64,000 nucleotides of DNA from Paraspadella gotoi (lineage: Eukaryota > Animalia > Chaetognatha), in NCBI GenBank assembly GCA_051294375.1, contig CM119265.1, positions 3,397,844 to 3,461,843 of the forward strand, read 5' to 3'. Position 1 is the first letter of the stretch. The number at the start of each line of letters is the position of its first letter. This document shows, piece by piece, positions 1 to 11,270 of the stretch. The notes below the pieces were generated by a model, which worked only from the letters and a program-made list of their open reading frames with translations, searched no databases and had not been told where the DNA came from. The translations under genes were made by a program, and so were the position numbers.

Positions 1-192
1 ATGACTCGAGTCATACCATTTACTATTTACACTGGAGATTCTAATTCACGTGCTTAAAATTTAAAAAAAGCCAAAAAAAAAAAAAAAAACCTATCTTACC
101 TCATATGAGGTAAAAAACCCAATCTTACCTTATGAGGTAAGTTTGGTTTTTTAAATAATTTTATTTGTAATTTAGTAAATCTTAAAGCTTAC

Positions 193-366
193 TCTCTTCC
201 CTGATCACTTCCGTGCCACGTAGTTCGGAGTTCCGATGCGAGTTGCGGCCATGTACTGACGAAAATTTGTCAGACTTGATCGAATTTGGAAATCCCAAAG
301 TCGGCCAGTTTCCACGTAATGGAGCGCACGAGATCCAATCCGAGAATGTTATCTGGTTTCAAGTCC
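193..366 (-). CDS. Ser/Thr protein kinase, catalytic-loop/activation-segment exon (gene continues beyond left edge; small indels present)
   Basis: Minus strand ttag|GGACTTGAAACCAGATAAC...GAAGAGA|gtaagc translates to (R)DLKPDNILGLDLVRSITWKLADFGISKF...MAATRIGTPNYVA(P)EVIREE, giving the HRDLKPxN, DFG and GTPxYxAPE motifs. One or two indels are needed to keep the frame. Confidence 0.88.
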
Positions 367-3059
367 CTAAAGTGAGATGGATGTTGCCATCAGGTCCGAA
401 GTTTTAATACAGAAAATTTTAAAAACCATATTGTGCTTAAAAATAACGATTATTTAATCTCTCTCTGCGATTAAGCAGCTTATAGGGTCTTTCATTAAAG
501 ACATACATTGGACGTAAAAAAAAAATTTAAATTGTACGTATTTGGTAATGTTCCTTTAAAACATTTGAACTTTTTTATCTCAAACCCGACAAGACACTAT
601 GAAAAGTTACGTGAACGGCCAGAAAACGTAAAATGTAAAAAAACCAAAACAAAACAAAAAGTAATATGTAGAATGAGACATTCATGATTCCAATCAGGTA
701 ACAGGAGAGAAAGAGAGGGATTGAAGATAAAATCGCCTTCTGACCTTTTTTGGTCATATTTTTTCTCTCTCAGTCCCGTTGCAACGACCGTCATTTCGTC
801 ACGTTTTACTTTTAGGAATTTGGTTGACCTAAGTTTTATTCGTTTTTAGAACCATTATTGAAATCAATGTCGCCGCGTCCGAAAACCTCTATTTCTTACG
901 GTTCTTTCGCGACTAGATATTTGTCACGATTTTTCTTTTTTTTTGCTACAATTACTGTAATGACCCAGAGAGATAGACGTTTGGCCGTTTTTTGGGAACT
1001 TCGCCGTTTGTGACTGTTTACTATGAGATATAGTCAGCGAAACTTTTGTCAAAACCTCTTTTTCGACGGGCGACCAACGAACGTCAAGGACCGCAAAGCG
1101 TGGAGACTCGGAACGTCTCTACAGAGAGTGAGAGAGAGAGAAAGAGAGAGAGTAAGCGTCCAACAAAGAATTGAGTAAAGAAAAGTGTTAAGGGTAAGAA
1201 CAGCTAAAGGTAAGTACAGGAGAGACAGAGAGAGAGTGAATAGAAATAAAGTCAGGTCATTTGAGAGTAAGTAGGAAACAATGTTTGGAGAAAAGAATAA
1301 GACTCGAAACATGTCCTTATACTAATAAAAAATCGTTGACGAAAACATTTCCAAACTTTGTTAAAATAAAATATAAAATATAAAATAAAATATAAAATAA
1401 AATATAAAACAAAATATAAAATAAAATAAAATAAAATAAAATTATTTTTTTTCTTTTTACATGACATAAAAATTAAGAGAAAGGCAGATTAATTATCTAT
1501 GAATTCTATACTTTACTTTACTGCCAATGTTTTATTCTCTATTCTAAATTGAAGATTAGTTTTACATTGGAATTATTTTGCACTTAGGTTATATATGTTA
1601 CTTATTTAACACTAATTTAACCTTGTCTATTTTTGTAGTTTTAACTTCTCCTTCCACCCATCCAGCTTGCCTTGGTTCCTTGTTTACTGTCTACTTACCT
1701 GAGATTGGAAATTGTATTATCTCAAAATGTGGTTACTATTTCTGCTTTATTACATGGTTCTAAGAATATAAGGTTATAGTTAAGGTATTTTACATGTTAG
1801 AACTGTATGGTTTCCAAAAATATTTATTTGAGAGCAGTTGAACACGGATTTGAATTCAATAATTAATTAGGGCACAAATTAAGGCACTCTAGAAAAATAG
1901 AGATGAAACTTAGATTTGTTTTATTTGCGATAATCTCGGATTATCTCGGTCGCGTTAAGAAGCGCTTCAGTGCCGCAGTAACAGTTCAGTTTAAGCCCTT
2001 GAAAGCGAAAATTTATATAACGAGCAGAGCCAAGATAATGTCTCCTTATCAGCTTACATTATTGGTATATGTTTTTCACATGTCAGTGTTAGGATAATAC
2101 CTTTACATAATTGTCAGTTTTTCAGTATATTAAAGTTGTTCTAGCGATCTTTATTTTAGCCCCTTGATAAGCGATTATTGGTTGCGCTGAGATCATGTAT
2201 TTTACAGATTGATTTCACGAGCTTTCTTTAGACCTTTCTATATGCTATCAATAAAAACTAGATTTTTTTAAATAAGAGGAGGTAGAGTAAGTGAGTTCAT
2301 ATGTGAGTAGTTTGATGTTAGGTATAGAGGTTTTTTTTATTTTTCTGATTTTGCATTTGGTTAATTGAATGTATGTAATATGATGTGTTATGTTACTTTT
2401 TTACATCGAATCATACAAGAATGATTCTAATTTACACTTACCGGATATATAAAATAGAGTAGATATCTGTTAACCATCATAATTATCTTCACTAATACAG
2501 TAAACTGCTCTTAAAAAATTTGTTTTTTAATCCTTTAAATGATGTGCGCAGTTTTGCAGTAAAAAGATGTAAGTTAAGCTCTTGAGAAATTGATTACCAT
2601 GACTGAGTCTGTTAAAAAAGACGATCAGCAAACGAAAAAATATTATGTTGTAGATTGTATCCAAATATAATTTCTATATAATATTAAGCTACTAGGAACC
2701 TGCGTATTCATTATTAGTGCACGCTACGATTTGACAGTTCAGTTTATAGTCGCGTGTGAGAAGAGAGTTGGAGCAGAGTATGGGCGCCAGCTCCATTCCT
2801 CGGTGTTGGCTTTTTTTAGACCACTTTTGAGAGTGCGAGTGAGATCTCTATCTCATCTCTGCTCCTTCTCTCTCTGCAATCGGTTTCTGCTTTCTTTACC
2901 ATCGCACGTTCCTCTGACCACGAGTATCTGACACACTAATTATATATTGAGACATTACGATTGATATTAAAACTCAGCGAATAATACATTATGTAAAATC
3001 CGAGCTGGATGATTAGATTTTACTTAGTAGTTAGTACTATACATAACTACGCAATTTAC

Positions 3060-3440
3060 CTGTGGCATCACTCTCTTCCATGAAGATACTTCAAAGCACG
3101 AGAAAGTTGGTTCCAACACGTCCTGGCATCCTCGCAGGGGAACCTCTGTTCTGACGATTGTCCGAGGGGCGGATGTGATAACTTCTCGCACAAAGTTGGT
3201 CATGGGTGCCTTGATCAGCCCACTCCATGATCAGGTGAAGCTTCACCTGACCCCCCTCCTGCTTCCACTAATGTCACGATATTCGGTGATTCAGCTCGAC
3301 GAGGCAGCTTAAGCTTGACTCTGCGGATTTGTCCAGTCCAATACCTTCATGGCGAAGTCGGACGATCCTTTCCTCGACTCGCCCACACACTTGCCAAAGG
3401 CTCCTTCGCCACATGAATTCCTTTTTAACGTAGCTCAGCG
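3060..3440 (-). pseudogene. Kinase N-lobe exon, noisy duplicate copy without the TIR insertion
   Basis: Frameshifted translation gives YVKKEF.GEGAFGK, FAMKVL, LNH.NIVTL, LIMEW..QG and LKYLHGK. Nearly identical to 4365-4735 joined to 5703 onward. The indel-rich pattern suggests a raw long-read or haplotype duplicate rather than a true pseudogene. Confidence 0.65.
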
Positions 3441-4364
3441 ATTCATGGTAACTTGGAGGCTAAGTCTGAAAGATTTTTTTTCTGAAACTGAAAATATTTA
3501 CTTAGTTTATAGCACGTTCTGTAAGCTTGTAGTATAGTAAAACTCAGGCAGAGGGCTGGAATTAAACGACAATTGAACAGTAGTACATAAAGTTGGAAAC
3601 AGAAGACAAATAGACCGCATCTCTGATCCACCGCAGTTAATATTTTGTTATTATTAGCAATTATAAATATAACNNNNNNNNNNNNNNNNNNNNNNNNNTT
3701 TATATGTGGCGCTGAAAATCAATTTTAAATTGTTTCCTTTAGAACGCTAGACCCTATTCTAAAAAAAAACAGTTTTTTTAAATAAAGAATATTCATTTGA
3801 TATTTTAAATAAATATTTTTATTCGATTTTATTGTATATTAATTAATATATTTTCTTTTTAATCACATCCATATTAATTCAATTAGCCTAATATAATAAA
3901 TATATTTTATCATATTATTAAAATAATAAATGCTTTAAAATGTTTTTAATCCTTAAATGATGCAAGTTAAAAAAATGAAAGTAAGTTAGAAAAAAATAAT
4001 ACAAAGTTTTAAAAAAACGATGTAAACAATAAAAAATATTATTTTGATTTATAAAATATTTTTTTAAGTACTTAAAATATATTAGTGGCAACAGTAAACA
4101 TTTCAGTTTAAGCCCTTGAAAAGCGATTTACAATCGTATTGGCGCAGCCACTCGTTTGGCCTTTTTTTACGCACTTTCCTCCTCGCTCTCTCTCTTCCTC
4201 CCTCGTCTCTCTCTCTCTCATCTCTCGTTTTCTTTTTAGCCCCAGCTTCCTCTGACCACACTACATTTATATGCATAGAAATTAACTCATAATAATTATT
4301 TAAATCGTGCATAGAAAAGATTTTACTATAGTAGTTAGTACTATACATAACTACGCGAATTTAC

Positions 4365-5716
4365 CGTGTGGGCATCACTCTCTTTCCATGAAGATACTTC
4401 AAAGAGCACGAGAAAGTTGGTCCAACACGTCCTGGCATTCTCGGCAGGGGCCCTCTGTTTGCTTTCTGGGCGGTGTGTCTTCTCCACAAAGTTGGTCAAT
4501 GGTGCCTTGATCAGTCCCACTCGCATGATCAAGGTGAAGCTCACGACTGACCCCCCCTCTGCTTCCGACTAAATGTCACGATATTCGGGGTGATTCAGCT
4601 CGACGAGGCAAGCTTAAGGCTATGACATCTGCGGATTTTGTCCGCGCATCCAATACCTTCAATGGCGAAGTCGACGATCCTTTCCTCGACTCGCCACACT
4701 TGCCAAGGCTCCTTCGCCAATGAATTCCTTTTTAAGGCCAGGATCACTCAATCTAAAATTTGTAGAAATCTTAATTTACTGTATGCTTTAACATTTTCTC
4801 ATATCTTGTAAGAGGTTTTCTATTGAAAAAATAATCGAAAACTTTTAAAAATCGACATAAATGTTCATAAAAAATTAAACATATTTTTTTTCGGTAAAAC
4901 TAACATTTCAAGAAGAAAAATAATTTTTTAAATCTGTAAGTTAAATTTCTAACAACTAAATTTTTTAACATAAAACTGATTCTTTACATGTAGTCATTTC
5001 TACTCTTATATTTAAATTCTTCCTTCAGGTAATTAAAGCATACTTGGAGTTGTATCACTATAAGTCTAAAATAAACTACTACAAAACATTTTCCAGAGGG
5101 TTTTTATATTTTATTGAAGTTTTATGAAGTTAAAAAAACTTAAATCGAATTTATTTCAATTTGACTTTTTAAACTTTATGTAATGATTAATGAGGTTTAA
5201 TGAGTAGAATTTAACTTTCTTGACGAAGTGAAGTTAAAAACGAAGAGTTGGCAGCTCAAACCGTTGGACTCTTCTTGAAGAAAAAAATATCTTCGGGCAA
5301 GAAAGGAAAGGTGTGGGAGATCTAGAGCGCGTTTTTGAAAAAATGTTTTTTCGTTTCAAAAGAATATCAAGGAATTAATCCCAAAAATAGATTAAAATAA
5401 TAACCAAATTTTATATGAGGGAGGAAGGCAATTTTGAAAGTATCTTTTTCATAAGAATTGGAGTAGTGACTTAAAGGTAATTATGCCAAATTTAATGAGA
5501 AACCGCCTTACCGTTTGGGCTGCAACTCTTCAAATAGGTTTCTTTATTTATATAGTACAAAAAAAATCGAAAAAATCGATGACGCCTTTAAAAAAATAGT
5601 GAAAGTGAATACATTTTTCGGAATGCGTCAGGAGCTCTCGCTTTTCGAAATCCGAGCTCGTTTTAGTCCCTAATTATAATTTGAATTGAGTGATCCCGGA
5701 CCTTAACGTAGCTCAT
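4365..5716 (-). CDS. Ser/Thr protein kinase first coding exon (ATG at 5716, MSYVKKEFIGEGA.GK...), interrupted by a TIR element at 4736-5702
   Basis: Gly-rich loop GEGA(F)GK, FA(M)KVL (VAIK-type lysine), LNHPNIVT, LIM(E)W, and ALKYLHGK..HR|gtaaat, a phase-2 donor that joins the RDLKPDN exon at 366. Contains sequencing-type indels. Confidence 0.8.
4736..5702. mobile_element. Non-autonomous DNA transposon (~967 bp), TTAA target duplication, GG...CC termini (Kolobok-like)
   Basis: TTAA at 4732-4735 and 5703-5706. Left end GGCCAGGATCACTCAATCTAAAATT versus reverse complement of the right end GGTCCGGGATCACTCAATTCAAATT. The empty site gaattcctttttaacgtagctc is visible at ~3415-3436. Confidence 0.85.
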
Positions 5717-6806
5717 GGCGATTCAAGGAAAACTTGGAATGTCTGAACAGATTTTTTTTCTGAAAGAAAATTTTACTTGTTTTAATCGTTTGTAACTTGT
5801 AGTAAGTAAACAACTCAGGCAGAGGAGGAATTAAACGTCAATTGAACGTATGTACTAAAGTTGATAAACAGAAGACAAAAGACGGCATTCTGATCGCACC
5901 TCAGTTTTAAATTTTTGTTATTTAGTTATGATTAAAAATATAACATAAAATATAATATATACGAAGATTGTTTAATTCTATAATGATTAGTAAATAAAAA
6001 CAAAAAGAGAAAAAGAGAAAGCGAAAACATAAAAAACAGGACAAAAGTAAGTTGAAAATCAATTATGCTAATATTTATCGTTAATCATTGACATTATTTG
6101 TAATAAATTAAATAATAACAAACAATTTTAACGAATAAATTTTTTAAAAGATTTTAATTCAGGCCCCAGGCTTCATTTAAGTGGTTTTAATTTTGTTAAT
6201 ATAAGTCTGTGGCAGAACGAAGAGAGAGAGAGCGAAGACAACCGCTTTTCAAATTCAACGTAAATGTCAACTAATGAAGAATCGGAAATACGAATGTTTT
6301 ATAATGGCGAACCGCCGGCCCGCAATCGGACCCGGTCCCGAAAGAAAAACCCTTCTTTCAAATGATCTTTCTTTTCTTCAATGGTGTCATAATACTATTT
6401 TGTAATTCTGAAAATTAACTGAAGCAGTAAGAAAAAGATTTGTATTATAATCCATTTTAGAAAAAGCTATTTAGCTTTTCCTGAAAAGTAAACAAAAAAG
6501 TTTCAGGAGAATAAAGAGATTGTTATTATTTTTGTTGTTAACAATCGAAAGCGAATAAAAAACATTTGCACATTATATTTACAATAATTATTTGGAAATA
6601 GATGTGAGTCCTAAATTTACGTTGCTAACTTTGAAAAATAAATATAATTTAATCTAATTAATGAATTAATTTTTCTATATTTTCTTTAATTTATTTACTG
6701 TTGTCTCTCTTTCTTTTTGGGCTATTTATCAGTTAGTTCTCGTGATTATCTGCTGTTGGCATTATTTCTCAGAAATGATGAAAAGTGTGAGATTCCCTCT
6801 TATCTT

Positions 6807-7590
6807 AACAAGTTTGAGCAAACAATGTCGGATCTGCCCACGATCATTATCGGTAATTATATTTAATAATTAATTAATTAATAATTAATTAATTCAAGTT
6901 AATTAATTAATTAGTCAATTAAATAATTAACATTGATCGAAATGTTTGTTTTGATTGATTAATGACTGATTAAATTAATATTTATTAATTAATTGACTAA
7001 TTTATTAATTAACTGATTAATTATTTGATTAATTTGTACATCTTGCATTTACATTTAAATATAAAAGAAAAAGAAGCATAATCAATTAGTGAAACAGGTT
7101 TTTTGTCTTTTTCCATATAAACTCATTTCCACTCAAACACGATTCCATCGAACTTGATTTCCAGCTTAATCACACACTTTCCTACGCACATACAAAATTT
7201 CAGGTCAATTGCCCTATCCACTCATGAGTAATTGGTGTTCAAAATAATGAAAATATTTTTTTTTTTTTTTTCCATTTAAACTCATTTCTACTCGGACCGA
7301 TTCATCGACAACTTCATATCCAGCTCAATCACACACTTCCCTAACCAACATACAAAATTTCATTCCAATCCATCCATGGCCAATCACGAGTTTTTTGTTA
7401 AGGTGGGGAGGAACGGACGGACGGGAACAATGCGTTTTTTTTTTTTTTGGCATAAATTTATGCATAATTGGATGTTCTGACACTTGAAAAAAATAGTTAA
7501 TGCCCGACAAGATTGAGGGGCGGACCAATGGACTCGACAAAAGTGAATTGATAGAGTCGGGATCTGCTTATAAGCAGATCCGACTAAAAA
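6807..7590 (-). mobile_element. DINE-1/HINE-like (Helentron-associated) non-autonomous element, family A
   Basis: Subterminal inverted repeats (GTCGGATCTGC / GCAGATCCGAC), terminal hairpin gtcgggatctgcttataagcagatccgac, short stem-loop gtttgagcaaac at the other end, and an internal (GGAC)n tract. Related copies at 14160 and 50387. Confidence 0.65.
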
Positions 7591-9599
7591 CCCGTTCTGC
7601 GTAAACATTAATTGTTGCTCTTTTTCTCGGAAATGCCGAATTTTTCTTAGCTGAGTTTATTTTTAAAAAGAGGGAAATTCTTGCGTCGCTTCTTCTTCGT
7701 TTCGTTGTCGTCGTCGTCGTCAATCGTTGCCATTTGTTGTCCTCATTCATTATTTGATAATTTTATAACAAATTCTGACTGATTTTTAGTGCGTAAATTA
7801 AAATATGTCAGTAAATTCATACTTCAGACTAACAGTGAAGGAAATAAATTAACTTTACTTTGGGTTTTAAAGTTAATCTTGCTGGAAAGCTTCGTTTTTT
7901 TATTTGATTCTAATTATTTAAAAAACTGACAGAAAATAATAACTATTTCTTTTATGTTTTGACTAACAAAAAACCTAAAATTCTAATTCTTTTATACAAG
8001 TTTTGTTTAAAACTAATATACATATATTCGTTTTTATTTAAATTACCTACATTTTCTTTACATAACAATTTCTTCTCTCATTTCTCGTCGTTAATTGTTG
8101 TCATTGAATGTGTTGTTGTTGTTGTTGTTCAATCCCTCTCTCTCTTCTATTGATTTTGTTTGTCTCTGTCTCTCCCTCTCTCTTCCGCTCTCCTCATCCC
8201 CCAATTGCTCACCCCTTTCTCTTCTCGTCCCGATCCTCCGCTCGCCCCTCCCCTACTCCCTCTCCTCGCCTCTTCCCTAAATAGAGAACGTCTCGACAGG
8301 ACGGCGCTCTCGAAGACGACGACGACGGGCGCCCCGTTTACCGTCCTCATAAGGAAAGCGCCAGGCGCCGCTGACTTTCTCACTTCTTTCCTTCGGCGTC
8401 GTCTCTCGTCGTGTGCATCGTCGTCGCCGACTCGTCCCGTGGGCGACGTAAAGCGAGACGGACGCCAGCGACGGCTAATGATCCGTGACCGATACGATGG
8501 ATGCGCGGGAGTGCAGTGGTGATGCCTTTCCTGCCGCTGCTGCTGCGGCTCGCCCATGCAGAAGAAGTCGTCGTGATCCGGTTCCGTGATCGACGCGACG
8601 ATATTCGCCGAATTCTCGCTCGCGACGGTCGCTCACGGCTCCGTTCGCATCTTCCCGATGCCACCAAGCTTCGCGTCCTTAGCATCTGTTGGCACTTCCT
8701 CGTTGGGTTTGAAGCTACAGGCGAGGGAGTTCGACGAAGGTGCTGGCAGAAGGAGGAAGAGGAGGAGGAGGAGACGGAGGAGGAAGAGGAGGAAGGAGGA
8801 GGACGAACGGGTGGAGACGAATCGGCCGAGAATTCACGGAAAATTACCTGGAGAGAAAACAATCAATTTATCAATTTAATCATAAATAAATAAATATATA
8901 AATAATCAATCACAATCAATCAAATAAATCAATAAAATCAATAAACCAATCAAAATCAAATCAATAAATCAATCAATAAATATGCAATAAAAATAAAATA
9001 AATAAATAAATCAAATAATAAATAAATAAATATATAAATAAATAAATAAATCAATCAAATAATCAATAAAATAAATCAATAAAATCAATAAATAAATCAA
9101 TAAATAAAAATCAATAAATTGTCAAAATTAATCAAATCATTACATCAATACAATGAATACATGCAATATTTCTAAGTGTGGGAGGCATCAATGCCAAAAT
9201 TAAATCAATCTATAAAAAAATAAATGCAACAAATCAATAAAAAAATAAATAAGTTAATAAATAAGTTTATAAAAAAGTCGAATGATAAACTGACGCCCCG
9301 CCGATGACGATACAAAGACCAAGAGGACGAGACACCCAATCCGATCCACGGACGCCCATTTGGGTAAGTGAAGTCTTGGAGTGAGTCATCTTTTTGGGTT
9401 GGAGAATGAGGGCGCAAGAGAAAGAGGCCGACCAGCAAGACTGGCATCATGGCACAAAGGGTTCGCCAATAGATGGAGATTCTGTGGAAGAGAATGATGA
9501 ATTGATTGGATTAACTAATTAGAATTTATTTTGATGCGGTGATCGGTCGATGGATTATTGATATCTTGATTGAAGTAATTAATTTGCTTGATTAATTCA

Positions 9600-9846
9600 T
9601 TGATAGTGAAGAGATAGTAATAATTGTTATGTGTTAGTGACAGAACCGTTCAATATAAGCAGTCCCTGAGGCTTCGATCAGGCTGTAACACCGTGTTACA
9701 GGCGGGTTAAGCGCCCCATCCCTCTTAAACTAGCCAGACGACCACCGAGGCTAGAACCCCGACCTTTTGGGTTGGGTTTTAGGCGAATGGCTGCCTCCGG
9801 CACCAATGGCAGCGTTGATGACGGTTGGTGGATTTTAGTCCACCAA
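9600..9846 (-). mobile_element. tRNA-derived SINE family 1 (noisy copy)
   Basis: Matches copies at 10855, 16848, 26353, 50243 and 62280. Confidence 0.65.
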
Positions 9847-10854
9847 TAATAGATTGACGATAATTGATTAGATTGATCGCAACAGTTAATTCACTGATTG
9901 AATGATTGATTTGATTGATTAACTGAGTTGATTAAATATTGAATTTATTTAAATGTTTAATTTGTTGATTTACTTTAGTGCCGCGATTTTAAACTCTACG
10001 AGATGAATGAAATTCTGAGGCCAAAAATGTAGACAACAGAGATGTCCCGAAGGGCGGGCAAGAAAAGAAGAGGGAGGGCGCCTCCGTAGACGTCGAGAAT
10101 GTCCAACAGGTAAATAGCCAATCTGAAAAAAAATCAATTAAATCAAGTAAATGGGCCAACTGGAAAGAAAAGTTAAATAAAGTTAAAGTTTATTTATTTA
10201 TTTGAAATTGGTATAACCGATATAAAACTATCCATTTATATAACGACCTTGACAGGCTTATGGGGTTTAAAGCCTTCTTACGTGATAAATAACATAGGCA
10301 AGCTTTTTATCGGCAAGCTTTCATCGAGACTCGCTCTCAGTCTCAATATTATAGTTATACTTAATTATATTTTATTGATAATAATTAGAAAAATCGCTCA
10401 ACCCTGAGAACCACGGGAGTCCACAAAGAGAAACTGATGCAAAGCATAAAAGCATCCAAGTTAAAGTTTTGTGATTCTTTATTTTTTGGATATCGATTCT
10501 GAAAGGTAACAGTATTTTAAACCCATGGTTAAAATATGAGTTTGAAAGGCTGAGTAAGAAGAAAATAATATAATAATAATACTAATAATACTAATAATAA
10601 AAATACTACATAATAATAATAATAATATAATAATTATATTAATAATATTTAATCATAATAATAATACCTAATGTACTTCTAATTGGCAATGCGCGGTGAA
10701 CGCTAAACGAGCCAAGAAGACAGGGTCCTAAACTCCTTGGCCAACAGGTGAGATCCCGACCCAAGCTGGGCATCACCAGGCTACCGATTGCTACACCCTA
10801 AATACTTTTTCTAACCAAATAATAATTAATATTTATATATGTATTATTAATATT

Positions 10855-11095
10855 ATGGTGGACTAAAAATCCAGCGCAACCGTTCGTCAGCGGCCATTGG
10901 TGCCGGAGGAAGTCATTTCGCCTCCCAACCCAAAGGTCGGCGGGGTTTTAAGCCGGTGGTCGCCTAGCAAGTTTAGAGGGACGGGGCCTTAACCCGCCTG
11001 TAACTCGTGTTACGCCTGATCAGAAGCTCAGGTAACCAGCTGCTTATATTGAACGGTTCTGTCACTAACACATAATAATAATTACTGTCTCTTCA
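10855..11095 (+). mobile_element. tRNA-derived SINE family 1
   Basis: GTGGACTAAAATCC leader, A-box-like TGGTGCCGGAGG, and shared 3' part ...GAACGGTTCTGTCACTAACACATAA. Confidence 0.65.
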
Positions 11096-11127
11096 AATAT
11101 ATAATAAATAATATTTATTGTATTCAC

Positions 11128-11270
11128 CTTCAAATCGACTATCAAACTTCCATAGTTCAAACTGCCAATCGAGGCCGAGAATAAATAGAACAAAAAAGTA
11201 AAAGGCAAACGGCCGCAAAATGGATTGGTGGGCCAAAGGACCAAAAGAGACGGGATCGTCATGAATATTA
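11128..11270 (-). pseudogene. SLC6 TM8 exon, seen only in the noisy copy
   Basis: Reads ...FAFYFFVLFILGLDWQF... (family consensus FF.ML..LGLDSQF) and ends IVDLK|gtgaat, just upstream of the TM9 exon. Confidence 0.6.

Noticed and set aside
8147-8893. Several overlapping 100-160 aa ORFs
   Set aside because: They are frameshifted or antisense readings of the noisy copy of the SLC6 last exon.
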